Assembly (NCBI GenBank): GCA_051251855.1
Contig: JBPOGI010000001.1
Coordinates: 672,001 to 736,000, forward strand
DNA from: Roseibacillus sp.
Lineage (GTDB): Bacteria; Verrucomicrobiota; Verrucomicrobiia; Verrucomicrobiales; Akkermansiaceae
Length of the DNA: 64,000 bases
Direction of reading: 5' to 3'
Shown here: piece by piece, positions 28,478 to 37,839 of the stretch
How positions within the stretch are numbered: the stretch's first letter is position 1
How the letters are laid out: every line of letters begins with the position of its first letter
Program-made: the position numbers and the translations under genes
Notes under the pieces: generated by a model
What the model saw: only the letters and a program-made list of their open reading frames with translations
Databases searched by the model: none
What the model was told of the DNA's origin: nothing

Positions 28478-29002
28478 TTATCCGATTTTGGATAGGGCCT
28501 TTCGAAAGCTCTCTGAGGAAATATCGTCAGGATACCTTCGAATGCACTCGTGCAGGAAGTCCATCAGAGCCTCAATTTCTTCATCCGAGAAGCTTGAAAC
28601 CTTAGCATGTGCTCCCCGTCTCGAGAGCCCAGAAGCAATGTAATCAGCGATGATGTCGGCCTCTTGAGGATTGCTCAGTTCAGCAATCATGAACGTCGGT
28701 AGCCAATAGCGATAGGCCTTTAGCGTGAAGAACGAAAGTGCATCCGCATAGCAGCGAAGTTCCGCTGCAGTGTGCGCGAAGCGTTCCCTACCAGTGAAGT
28801 GTTCGAATATTCCTTCGTCTTGTTCGCTTGCGGAAATATCTTCAAAGGTGCTCCCAGGAAATGGAGTGTGGGCAAATGCATCTTTGATTTTTTTGGTGAG
28901 ATTCTCTTCGATACTCCGAGAGGCCTCGGCTTCCTCGACCACGGAAGGATCATACCCGCGCTCGCGCATCTGATAAGCGTGGTCTTCCCGAGGTTGATTC
29001 AT
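28478..29002 (-). CDS. Hypothetical cassette protein (DUF6714-like)
   Basis: IKDAFAHTPFPG...LSFFTLKAYRYWLPTFM; last gene of the cassette-like array. Confidence 0.7.
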   Translation of the reverse strand: MNQPREDHAYQMRERGYDPSVVEEAEASRSIEENLTKKIKDAFAHTPFPGSTFEDISASEQDEGIFEHFTGRERFAHTAAELRCYADALSFFTLKAYRYWLPTFMIAELSNPQEADIIADYIASGLSRRGAHAKVSSFSDEEIEALMDFLHECIRRYPDDISSESFRKALSKIG

Positions 29003-29008
29003 ATTTTG

Positions 29009-29139
29009 GCAGCTGGTTTCAGCGTTCCCGCCTAGAGAGTTTTCGGGCCTTCTACTGCTTCTACCACGCTCTCTACTCCAGTCAACGTCTGACCCGCTAG
29101 TGAGGTCTTACTGTGATACGTTCCAATTATTCGTTCTCC
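29009..29139 (-). repeat. Degenerate attC-like repeat C
   Basis: GGAGAAC at the gene end; shares CGGGTC..A..TTGACTGGAG.AG core and GCTGAAAC end with repeats A/B; R' box lost. Confidence 0.5.
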
Positions 29140-29741
29140 TCGAAGAAGTAGGCGGCTTCCCAACTGGTAGTATCTTCATCTCGCTCAATATCTAATTCTG
29201 GATGAAGCTTTTTTGCCTCGTCTAAGCTGACGATAAACATTCTAAAATTTAGGACGAGATCCTCACTCATGGTCTTGGATTTCTTGGTGTAGACGACCTC
29301 TCCAGTGGCCTCGGTGGTTGAGCTTTTCCACGATGATCTTACAAATGCATAATCGTCGATATCATAGTTGTAGCCTCCAGCCCACAACCTCCAACTCCGA
29401 CGGAAAAGGTTCTCAGAGGTTTGGTTCTCAGGCTCCGGAAAATCAACGTAGAAGCTTCGATCCGCAATGAGCACATCCTTGTGAACCTCGTCTCCATTCG
29501 CCCACATAATCTGGTCGTAGGTTCGATTCCGAAAAGGTTTGATAGTCGAGCTGTTTTCAGTGCGGAAAATCGCAACCTGATTTTGATTCGGACGAGCCGT
29601 AAACCTCTGCTTCTGGATGTTAAGGTCCTCAGGTGCTAAAGTTTTATGCTTAGCGACAGAGACGACCTCGTTGCTAGGCTCTGGAGATTGCTTCTCACAG
29701 GAGGAGACGATGAAGCAAAGAAGTAGAAGTTCGATTCGCAT
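29127..29741 (-). CDS. Hypothetical lipoprotein (cassette)
   Basis: MRIELLLLCFIVSSC lipobox-like signal. Confidence 0.75.
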   Translation of the reverse strand: MRIELLLLCFIVSSCEKQSPEPSNEVVSVAKHKTLAPEDLNIQKQRFTARPNQNQVAIFRTENSSTIKPFRNRTYDQIMWANGDEVHKDVLIADRSFYVDFPEPENQTSENLFRRSWRLWAGGYNYDIDDYAFVRSSWKSSTTEATGEVVYTKKSKTMSEDLVLNFRMFIVSLDEAKKLHPELDIERDEDTTSWEAAYFFEENE

Positions 29742-29750
29742 GTCTTTATT

Positions 29751-29877
29751 ACCGAATGTTTCAGCACAGCCAATCAGACCATCTCACGCACTTTCAGTAT
29801 TTTTATCACGCGCCTTCCTGTCGTCAATCTCGAACCCGTCAGCGCGGTTGGAATTATGGTTCTGCGTCTGGTTAGAT
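29751..29877 (-). repeat. attC-like repeat B (R' mutated GTT to ATT)
   Basis: ATCTAAC-CAGAC-GCAGAACC ... GCTGTGC-TGAAAC-ATTCGGT; clear sequence homology to repeat A. Confidence 0.7.
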
Positions 29878-30279
29878 CTAGTTTGATTCTGGATAGTCGA
29901 TTAAATGAATTTTCAGCGGCTTCATCGAGATGTAATTGTCTAAAAAATACCATCCGCCATCTGGCCCCTCTCGGTAAATTTGCTGAGCAATACGAAATTG
30001 TCCGGGAGTATGACGCTCCTCAGGAAAATAGACAAACCCTCGATCTTTTGATGGACTTGCGACGAATGGGCCAATTAGAGGATCTTCTTTCGAAGATGAT
30101 TTGATGAAAATTTCCCCGTTTATCCACACCGCCTTGACATCAGAATTCTGTGCATCCGTTTTTTTGGAAGTGATTGGGTTCGAGTCCGAAGTCTCATTCG
30201 GTAATTGTTGCTGTTCGCAACCAAGAGGAAGCAACAAAATGGAGCCGAGTAAAGATAGCGCGCATCGAATAATCCTCAT
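29878..30279 (-). CDS. Hypothetical lipoprotein (cassette)
   Basis: MRIIRCALSLLGSILLLPLGC lipobox; ATG 5 nt after the R' box of repeat A. Confidence 0.72.
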   Translation of the reverse strand: MRIIRCALSLLGSILLLPLGCEQQQLPNETSDSNPITSKKTDAQNSDVKAVWINGEIFIKSSSKEDPLIGPFVASPSKDRGFVYFPEERHTPGQFRIAQQIYREGPDGGWYFLDNYISMKPLKIHLIDYPESN

Positions 30280-30284
30280 CTTCA

Positions 30285-30413
30285 GCCGAACGTTTAAGCA
30301 CACCCGATCCGACCGATTCAGCACGCTTTCCTAAGTTCTTTAGATTTTCCTGCTCCAGTCAAGCATCCGACTCGTCAGCGCGGTCGGATTTATGGTGTTG
30401 CGTTTTGTTAGGA
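30285..30413 (-). repeat. attC-like repeat A (intact geometry)
   Basis: R'' TCCTAAC, 5 nt, L'' GCAACACC ... L' GGTGTGC, 6 nt, R' GTTCGGC; inner stem ATCCGACCG/CGGTCGGAT. Confidence 0.8.
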
Positions 30414-30414
30414 A

Positions 30415-30906
30415 CTAGTTTTCCCACTCGTTCTTCATGAACCCCTCGTTCTCGACCTCTCCAGCAGGAAGATTGTTACAGAGAAAGAGTAACTTCATCA
30501 TCGGACGGTCCGTAGTTCCTGTAACTCTAAACTCAATTTTACGATTTTGGTTAAGATGCTTCCCGTTGCTAATCCATTTCCTTATCTCAGGAAGCTCATC
30601 CAACTCGGCTGCGATCTTTTTAACGACGGATCGGTCGACACTGTCATACCAATATATTGTGTCAGCCGTCAGAACCTCAAACTCCGAACCTAGGGTGCTA
30701 TACCCTCCAGAAGCGCTAGATTCTCGGTCTGGCCCATCGGGAAAAGCAATGGTTAGTTTCTCATTCGCCAATGCTAAGGCCAGTTGTTGCATCGTGGCGG
30801 CGCTTTCTTCTGCAATTCGACGCTCTAAACGCTTTGAGCTTTTCAATGATGCCCACCCGAGAACTAGACAGATGAGAGGAAGCAGAATTAAAGCCGTGAT
30901 TTTCAT
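30415..30906 (-). CDS. Hypothetical exported or membrane-anchored protein (cassette)
   Basis: N-terminal hydrophobic MKITALILLPLICLVLGWA; stop codon abuts repeat A. Confidence 0.72.
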   Translation of the reverse strand: MKITALILLPLICLVLGWASLKSSKRLERRIAEESAATMQQLALALANEKLTIAFPDGPDRESSASGGYSTLGSEFEVLTADTIYWYDSVDRSVVKKIAAELDELPEIRKWISNGKHLNQNRKIEFRVTGTTDRPMMKLLFLCNNLPAGEVENEGFMKNEWEN

Positions 30907-31276
30907 ATCCTCATATCTAAAGCGAACTTGGCATCAGTGAGTTTTCAGTCGAACAAGTTATTAAACAGATTCCTCCTCCTATTAAGGGATTCATCACGAA
31001 AAAATTGGGTGAGTTAGGGGGAGAAGTCAAGATGCGCTCTGGGTTTGGTGGACTGTAGAGGCAGTTTTGGCTGATTTTCTCGATAATGTTGCGAGTGGAA
31101 GTCGTCTTTTTGAGGCTGTGCAAGCCCTGAGCGTGAGATGAGTCGACTCCTTGGCTCCTCGATGCATGCAAGATAAAGCATCAATTCTTAGGCGGATCTA
31201 GGCGAGTAAATGGTCCTTATTCAGGGGTGGGCTTTTTATTTTGCAAATGTTAATCAATTCCGGCATTGTTCTGGAG

Positions 31277-31654
31277 ATGGCTGCTCGAAGAAAGACTACC
31301 CGCCGCAAACCTACTGGTGCGGCTGCTCGAAAGCGTAAGCCGAGCCGTCAGGTCATGGAGGCGCGGACTCAGAGTATTGCGATTTTGAATCGAGGGGCCT
31401 TCGGACTTTTGATGATTTTGATTTGTGTCGCGGTCGGGGTCACCGTTTTTCCCCAGTGGGAAGAATTGAAACGGCTGGAAGTAGAGCTCGATGAGACTAT
31501 TCAGGAAGAGGAATCCGCTCTTGCGATGGCTGACCAGAGGAGTCGCGAGTTGAGTGCGCTGCGCAACGATAGCGAGTATCAAGGCCTACGTGGTCGCGAC
31601 CTCTTGGATCTGTATGTTCCAGGAGAGACCATTATTCGTATTCGTCGCGATTGA
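31277..31654 (+). CDS. Septum formation initiator family protein (FtsB/DivIC-like)
   Basis: Basic N-terminus, single TM, coiled coil, LRNDSEY...RDLLDLYVPGETII. Confidence 0.8.
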   Translation: MAARRKTTRRKPTGAAARKRKPSRQVMEARTQSIAILNRGAFGLLMILICVAVGVTVFPQWEELKRLEVELDETIQEEESALAMADQRSRELSALRNDSEYQGLRGRDLLDLYVPGETIIRIRRD

Positions 31655-32752
31655 TTAGCGTTTGCTTGCTCTCCGCAGGAGATGAGTGCCTATGGTGAGG
31701 CAGAGGATGTTAGGGAGCCACATCATGGTGGAGCAAAGGAGCGGCTGGTCCTCGAAGTTCTCGGCAGTCAGAAGGAGGACAAAGTAGATGAGGGCTACGA
31801 TGAGGGCCGTGACAAGACCGGAAACGGTTTCGCGACGCCGAGAAGTGATTCCCAAAGGTATACCGATGAAGGCAAAGGAAAAGCAGGCGAGACAAAGAGC
31901 ATGTCGCTTCTGAAGTTCGGTGAGAATGCCATTTCTCTTGGATTGGGATAATGGTTGGCCCAGTTGCTTGAAGAGTTTGAAGTTGGTTCGGTAACTGGGC
32001 TTGTCGGGAATGTCTTTGGAAGGAAAGGCAAGAGGCCAAGGCTCGGCGGTAGAGGCGGTGATGAATTTGCTGGCTCCGTTGTCCTTGATGGGGGCGATTT
32101 CTTCGATGAAGGCTCCTTGGAAAGAGAGAATGAACCCCTTGATGGATTCATCAGTTTCGAGGTCGACGGAGCGGGCGTAGATATAGGTTTCTGGGACAGG
32201 GTTGCGCTTGGCCTTGGAGAGTTGGTACAGGTGGAAGCTCTTGAGCGTGGTGTCGTTTTCCTTCTCGGTGATGAAGAATTGAAATTCGGGCTGCGTGGTT
32301 TCGGAGCCTGGAGCGAGGAGCACTTGCGGGTTTTCCTCGACGGCTTTGAAGATTACCACTCGGGAGTTGAGCTTGGCCATTGGCGATAGAACGCCAGCCA
32401 TGAACCAGCAAATAACGCTGAAGAAAAAGCCGAGCACAAAAATGGGAGTGGTGAGTCGAATGAGGCTTGCTCCCGAGGTGCGAAAGCCGACCAATTCATT
32501 TTGAGAGGAAAGGCGCCCAATAACGAGGAGGACGGTGGTGAGAAAACCTACCGGAAGGGCAAACATGAGGGGGTAAGGCAAGCTGTAGAGCATGAACTTC
32601 GCCACGAGAATGGGCGGCGCCTTGCGGGTGACGAGGAGGTCTCGGATCTCTTGGAAGAGAATCCCCATGATGAGGACCACGCATAGAAGAACCACCCCCA
32701 TGATGGTTCCTGTGAAGACCTGTTGGCCTAGATAGCGGTCGGAGATTCGCAC
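31655..32752 (-). CDS. LptF/LptG family LPS export permease
   Basis: ISDRYL, GRLSSQNELVGFRTSGASL, FAFIGIPLG, WLPNIL. Confidence 0.92.
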   Translation of the reverse strand: MRISDRYLGQQVFTGTIMGVVLLCVVLIMGILFQEIRDLLVTRKAPPILVAKFMLYSLPYPLMFALPVGFLTTVLLVIGRLSSQNELVGFRTSGASLIRLTTPIFVLGFFFSVICWFMAGVLSPMAKLNSRVVIFKAVEENPQVLLAPGSETTQPEFQFFITEKENDTTLKSFHLYQLSKAKRNPVPETYIYARSVDLETDESIKGFILSFQGAFIEEIAPIKDNGASKFITASTAEPWPLAFPSKDIPDKPSYRTNFKLFKQLGQPLSQSKRNGILTELQKRHALCLACFSFAFIGIPLGITSRRRETVSGLVTALIVALIYFVLLLTAENFEDQPLLCSTMMWLPNILCLTIGTHLLRRASKR

Positions 32753-32765
32753 TGCTCAGAGACTC

Positions 32766-33665
32766 CTATGTTGCTTCCCCGATATCAAACCCGAAAAGTT
32801 CGTGGGCGGTGGAATTGGTGAGTTCATTGCGCTCGATACGCGTGAGCCAGGCTTCTTTGCGAAACCAAGTGCGTTGGCGTTTGGCATATTGGCGAGTGGA
32901 AATGGTGATGCGTTCGCTGGTTTCGGCGAGGGTCATCTTGCCAGCGAGGTGCGCTTGGATTTCGGGGACTCCGATGGCTTTGGTCGCGGTGGTGGCGGTC
33001 GGGGCGAGGTGGGCCACTTCTTGCAGGGCGCCCTTTCGAAGCATGATTTCGGTGCGTTGGGCGATGCGGTCAGCGAGCTCGTCGCGGGGCCAGTCGAGAT
33101 AAAGGCCGCGTAAGTCGGGTGGGTCAGGCTGTTCCCAGTCGGAGCGGAGCTGAGAGACGGGCTGGCCTGTGAGGAGGCAGAGTTCCAGGGATCGCGTGAG
33201 GTAGCGGCGGTTCTTGAGGTCGATGGTGGCGGCCTCCGCTGGATCGAGTTTTTCGAGCCTTTGGGCAAGCTCGTCCATAGAAAAAGTTTCAAGCTGGGCG
33301 CGAATGGTCTCGTCACCTGCGGGAACAGGGGAAGGGCCGTGGGTAAGAAATTTGAGATAAAGACCTGAGCCTCCAACGACGAGAGGCGTTTTCCCCCGTG
33401 ATTGAATCTCCTCAATGACGGGCAATGCCATCTTGCGAAAGCGATTGGCGTCAAGGGTCTCGGCAGTCTCGAGGACGGAATAAAGGTGATGGGGTGCTTG
33501 CTCCTGTTCCTCGAGAGAGGGAGACGCGGCGATGGTCTCGAGCCCGCGATAGAGCTGGAAGGCATCGGCGTTCACGATTTCGCCATCCAATCTCTCTGCC
33601 AAGCTCAGTGCGAGACTGGACTTGCCTGAGGCGGTGGGGCCGCAGAGGTAGAGAGGGGAGGTCAT
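32766..33665 (-). CDS. miaA: tRNA dimethylallyltransferase
   Basis: GPTASGKS, NADAFQLYRGL, VGGSGLY, TRQYAKRQRTWFR. Confidence 0.96.
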   Translation of the reverse strand: MTSPLYLCGPTASGKSSLALSLAERLDGEIVNADAFQLYRGLETIAASPSLEEQEQAPHHLYSVLETAETLDANRFRKMALPVIEEIQSRGKTPLVVGGSGLYLKFLTHGPSPVPAGDETIRAQLETFSMDELAQRLEKLDPAEAATIDLKNRRYLTRSLELCLLTGQPVSQLRSDWEQPDPPDLRGLYLDWPRDELADRIAQRTEIMLRKGALQEVAHLAPTATTATKAIGVPEIQAHLAGKMTLAETSERITISTRQYAKRQRTWFRKEAWLTRIERNELTNSTAHELFGFDIGEAT

Positions 33666-33689
33666 GTTGGCGAACTGCCGGCCCCCACG

Positions 33690-34787
33690 CTAGAGTCGTT
33701 CGAGGATGGCGTTGGTGATCTCGGCGGTGTTGGCGAGGGTTTCTCCTTCGGATTTGCTGTAGATGTCTCCGGTGCGGAAGCCGTCCTCGATGGTCTTGGC
33801 GACTGCGGCGTCGATGGCGTCAGCAGCTGCGGCAGCCCCGAGGGAGTAGCGAAGCAGCATGGAGAGAGAGAGAATCTGCGCGATAGGGTTGGCGATGCCT
33901 TGGCCGGCGATGTCGGGAGCAGAGCCTCCGGAGGGCTCATACATGCCGAAGCTGAGTCCTTGGTCGTTGATCTCGGCCAAAGAGGCGGAGGGGAGCATGC
34001 CGAGTGAACCGGAAATCATGGCCATTTCGTCGGAAAGAATGTCTCCAAAAAGGTTGCCGGTGACGATGACGTCGAAGTCGGGCGCGCGGCGGATGAGCTG
34101 CATGGCAGCGTTGTCGACGTAAAGATGGTCGAGGGTGACATCGGGATAGTCCTTGGCGACTTCCTCGATGACTTCGCGCCAAAGGACGGAAACGGCGAGC
34201 ACGTTGGCTTTGTCGACAGAGGTCAGGCGCTTGTCGCGTCCTTGGGCTGCTTTGAAAGCGACATGGGCGATGCGCTCGATCTCGGAGCGGCGATAGACCA
34301 TGGTGTCGACAGCGGCTTCTTCGCCCTCGCGCTCTTCGCGACCTTTGGGAGAACCGAAGTAGATTCCGCCGGTAAGTTCGCGCACGCAAAGAACGTCAAA
34401 ACCCTTGCTAATGAGTTCGTTTTTAACGGGTGAGGCGTCAATGAGTTGAGGGAGGCAGACTCCTGGGCGCAGATTGGCGAAAAGGCCAAAATGCTTGCGT
34501 AAAGGAAGGAGGGCGCCGCGCTCGGGCTGGATGTCGGGGGGGAGATTTTCCCACTTGGGGCCGCCAACGGAACCGAAGAGAATAGCGTCGGATGCTTCGC
34601 AGGCCGCCAAGGTGTCGGCTGGGAGAGGAGTGCCGCTGTCGTCGATCGCAGCACCGCCAACTAGGTGGGTGCTTGCGGAAACTTCGAGCGAGAATTTTTC
34701 AGATACGGAGTCGAGAACGCGGAGGGCTTGGTCCATGACTTCGGGACCGATGCCATCGCCGGGAAGAACTGCAATTGAGTGTGCCAT
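33690..34787 (-). CDS. leuB: 3-isopropylmalate dehydrogenase
   Basis: [51 protein letters not shown]. Confidence 0.98.
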   Translation of the reverse strand: MAHSIAVLPGDGIGPEVMDQALRVLDSVSEKFSLEVSASTHLVGGAAIDDSGTPLPADTLAACEASDAILFGSVGGPKWENLPPDIQPERGALLPLRKHFGLFANLRPGVCLPQLIDASPVKNELISKGFDVLCVRELTGGIYFGSPKGREEREGEEAAVDTMVYRRSEIERIAHVAFKAAQGRDKRLTSVDKANVLAVSVLWREVIEEVAKDYPDVTLDHLYVDNAAMQLIRRAPDFDVIVTGNLFGDILSDEMAMISGSLGMLPSASLAEINDQGLSFGMYEPSGGSAPDIAGQGIANPIAQILSLSMLLRYSLGAAAAADAIDAAVAKTIEDGFRTGDIYSKSEGETLANTAEITNAILERL

Positions 34788-34844
34788 GTGGGGCGAGGAG
34801 ATGCCATGGCTGACGATTTTTGAAAATAGTGGAGTTGGAGAAAA

Positions 34845-36119
34845 TTACGATTCGTTCCAAGCGGGGAGGGTTTCGGTAAGGATTTCGAGAATGTGTTTGC
34901 GCTCGGACTTCGAGAGGTAGCCAAAGTCGGGGTGGTCTTGAGGGTTCTCGAGGATGTTGCGAAGCTTCTTGAGAACCTCCTTTTTAAGCAAGGGATGGAG
35001 GTGAGTGAAGGCGGCAGAGTGGATGAGATAACTGCAACGGTACTTGAAGAGACGCTCGTAAAGGCGCAAATCGCGCAGAGAGCGACCACGATTGGTGGTG
35101 TGGGCGCTTTTTAGAAAGGCTTTCTGAAAGGCCTCGGAGCCTTCGACGCCATCATCGACGAGCTCGAATTCACCTTCAAAGAGGAGGGCGCGCACGATCT
35201 TGTCTCCGTAATGGTCAAGGGCGTGACGATAGGTGTCTGCAAGGGGGCCGTCAGTGGATTCGCCTGAGGCCTTGCGGATAGCTTCGTTTTGATAAAGGAA
35301 GCGCTGGGTGGCGAGGTGCCCGCTGAGGATGGTGTTTTGGACGGTCACTTGATGTTCGAGAATCATTAGCGCAACGGCATCACTCGAGCCGCCTGTGAGA
35401 TAGGGTTTGGTATTGAGGAAGGGAGAAAGATCGGCAACCGCTTGGCTCCGAGTCAAAGATTCGCGATGTTCGTCTTTGCTGAAAGTGGTGTTACCGAGGT
35501 GGCCGGGGTTGCCGGCACGTCCGGTGACATACCAACCTCCCCAGCGTTCGACTATGGGGCTGTGGTGGGTGGTGTCGAAAGAACCCCAGTCAAAAAGCGG
35601 GCGTCCTGATTTGTCGGGATAGACAGACCGGATGAGAATGCCGGGAACTCCGTCTGTGACTGAGCTGGCGTGACAAGTGAGGCAGCCGCGGTCGCGACGT
35701 AACTCGGGCACTTGTCCCTTTTTACGACGATTGAGATCGATGAGGTGGAAGACAGCCCCGAGCGTTTTATCAAAGGTGATGGCTTCAATGTTACCACCCT
35801 GAACCCAGCCGATATAGGCGTCGTCGGAGAAGTAGATGGCGCGCGGAGTCCAAGGGCTGATGCGCGCGTTCTGGGCGCTGGTCTTCGAGTAGACGAGAAC
35901 TTGGGACTCGATAGGAATGTTGAGAGCAGCGAGGATTTCAGAGAGGATTTCGCGATCGGTTTCGCCACGGAGGAGTGATTCTCCGGACTCGATACGCTGG
36001 AAAATCTCGGTGAGAGGGGTGACTGCTTCGGCCTTAGAATAGTTGACGGGAGCGTTCTCGTAGAATTTTTCTCCGCAGAGTGGGAGACTCAAGATGAGAA
36101 GAAGTGAGAGAAGGCGCAT
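34845..36119 (-). CDS. Exported hypothetical protein with a single CxxCH heme-binding motif
   Basis: Signal peptide; CLTCH; SQVLVYSKTS, ERWGGWYVTG, FKYRCSYLI. Confidence 0.75.
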   Translation of the reverse strand: MRLLSLLLILSLPLCGEKFYENAPVNYSKAEAVTPLTEIFQRIESGESLLRGETDREILSEILAALNIPIESQVLVYSKTSAQNARISPWTPRAIYFSDDAYIGWVQGGNIEAITFDKTLGAVFHLIDLNRRKKGQVPELRRDRGCLTCHASSVTDGVPGILIRSVYPDKSGRPLFDWGSFDTTHHSPIVERWGGWYVTGRAGNPGHLGNTTFSKDEHRESLTRSQAVADLSPFLNTKPYLTGGSSDAVALMILEHQVTVQNTILSGHLATQRFLYQNEAIRKASGESTDGPLADTYRHALDHYGDKIVRALLFEGEFELVDDGVEGSEAFQKAFLKSAHTTNRGRSLRDLRLYERLFKYRCSYLIHSAAFTHLHPLLKKEVLKKLRNILENPQDHPDFGYLSKSERKHILEILTETLPAWNES

Positions 36120-36202
36120 GGAGGGATGATAGCTCTGTTCGGTTTTAGCCTGCTTCGCAAGGCTTGCGCAATGATGGGCGTTTTGGGTGAATAGGAGAAC
36201 CT

Positions 36203-36229
36203 AAAAAGGGCGACACCTTGGTGCCGCCC
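36203..36229 (-). terminator. Rho-independent terminator after the BI-1/YccA gene
   Basis: GGGCGGCAC-CAAG-GTGTCGCCC-TTTTT on the minus strand. Confidence 0.8.
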
Positions 36230-36258
36230 CCTTTGAGAAAGGTGATTAGCTCTGAACT

Positions 36259-36960
36259 TTAGTCGCGGCTCATGAAGATGCGAAGAAGATACCAGAAGAG
36301 AAGAGCAACGCTGGCGAAGAGACCCAGGGACGCCGCGACGTATTGGTCGGTCCGGTAGTGGTGAATCATGTTCGAGGTGTTATAGAGGATAGAAGCTGAG
36401 GCGAGGACGACCATGCCGATAGAGAACCAGAGACCGAGGTCGAACCCAGCGAGGCCGGGGATGGGCAGGAACTGCATCACGATGAGGCCAAGGGCGATGA
36501 AGCCACCGATTTTGATGATGCCACCGAGGAAGGAGAAGTCCTTCTTGGTGGTGAAAGCGACGAGGCTTATACCAAAGGTGAGGGCGCCGGTGGCGACTGC
36601 GGCTTTGGTAATGACCCCGGGGTAAACAGTCGCGGCGACCAATATCATGGGTAAAAAAAGGATGGAGTAGGCGAAAACGAAGAGTCCTAGACCAAGATAT
36701 TGTTTGGAGAGAGAGGTGGCTGAATGGGCCCACTTCTCGGAAATCCAAGAGACGAACATGAAGAGACCCAGCACGATGAGCCAGTTCGCACCCATCATCT
36801 GCGCCAGATTAACCATGGCGGGAATCTGCATATAGACCGCGAGAAGAAGCGCTAAGGCTGCGGTGGCTCCGGCGACGTGGTAGTAGGTCTTGCGGATGAA
36901 TTCTGCACGCTGGTCGACAGAGGCAGCGCTGACGGCATAGGGGTTGGCTTGGTCAAACAT
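36259..36960 (-). CDS. Bax inhibitor-1/YccA family membrane protein
   Basis: [25 protein letters not shown], seven TM helices. Confidence 0.9.
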   Translation of the reverse strand: MFDQANPYAVSAASVDQRAEFIRKTYYHVAGATAALALLLAVYMQIPAMVNLAQMMGANWLIVLGLFMFVSWISEKWAHSATSLSKQYLGLGLFVFAYSILFLPMILVAATVYPGVITKAAVATGALTFGISLVAFTTKKDFSFLGGIIKIGGFIALGLIVMQFLPIPGLAGFDLGLWFSIGMVVLASASILYNTSNMIHHYRTDQYVAASLGLFASVALLFWYLLRIFMSRD

Positions 36961-37078
36961 TGTTTCTTTTCTACGGACGCAAAATAGTGGCTTTTCTCTA
37001 AAATGCGAAGTTTTTCGGTGGACTGGAATGTCCGCTCCTATTCTTGCACCTGAGCGCTCTCAGGCTACCTTTAGCAAC

Positions 37079-37819
37079 ATGAACGAAGGATTATTTTTAC
37101 TTTCTGGCCTGATTGCTCAAATGGGGCTCGGGAACATCGGTATGAGCTATTGGGTGATTATCGGGATTTCGACTCTCGCCAGTTGGCTGGTTGGAAAGCG
37201 TTTGAAGAGTAAGTTCGCTCAGTATTCGCAAGTTCCCATCGAGATGAGTGGCCGCGAGATTGCAGAGCGCATGCTCAGTGAAAATGGGCTGAACGATGTC
37301 CAAATCATCAGCACGCCGGGGCGTTTGACCGACCACTACAATCCCGGGGACAAAACAGTGAACCTGAGTGAGGCGGTCTACAATCAGCGCAACGTTGCTG
37401 CCGCAGCGGTGGCAGCTCACGAGTGTGGCCATGCCATTCAGCATGCGAAGTCCTATGCCTTTTTGACAATGCGTTCCAAATTGGTGCCAGCGGTGGGTTT
37501 GGCGAGTCGCATGATGGGGCCGATCATGATGATTTCGGTCATGGGTGCGATGTTTACGGGGAATCCAATGATTCTAGGTCTGGTGGTTGTTGCTTTGGGA
37601 ATTACCACCCTCTTTGCTTTTGTGACTCTGCCAGTGGAGTTCGATGCCAGCAAGCGGGCGTTGGCTTGGATTAACGCGAGTGGGCAAACAGGCTCGATGG
37701 GGCAGGACCAGGCGAAGGATGCCCTCTTTTGGGCCGCGATGACCTATACCGTGGCTGCTCTCGCTTCTTTGGCGCAGCTTCTCTACTACGTCTACATGAT
37801 GTTGGGACGCCGAAATTAA
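37079..37819 (+). CDS. Zinc metallopeptidase (YugP/Zn_peptidase_2 family)
   Basis: LTDHYNP, AAHECGHAIQH, TLPVEFDASKRA, AAMTY; start uncertain. Confidence 0.9.
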   Translation: MNEGLFLLSGLIAQMGLGNIGMSYWVIIGISTLASWLVGKRLKSKFAQYSQVPIEMSGREIAERMLSENGLNDVQIISTPGRLTDHYNPGDKTVNLSEAVYNQRNVAAAAVAAHECGHAIQHAKSYAFLTMRSKLVPAVGLASRMMGPIMMISVMGAMFTGNPMILGLVVVALGITTLFAFVTLPVEFDASKRALAWINASGQTGSMGQDQAKDALFWAAMTYTVAALASLAQLLYYVYMMLGRRN

Positions 37820-37839
37820 CAGGGCCGGCGAGCGAGAAT

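Noticed and set aside
29009..30413. CRISPR array or toxin-antitoxin RNA repeats
   Set aside because: Repeats are ~130 bp, degenerate and separated by whole genes; no cas genes; geometry fits attC
31279..31331. Direct repeat GGCTGCTCGAA in the ftsB-like gene
   Set aside because: Encodes a repeated Ala-Ala-Arg in a low-complexity basic N-terminus; no sign of an insertion
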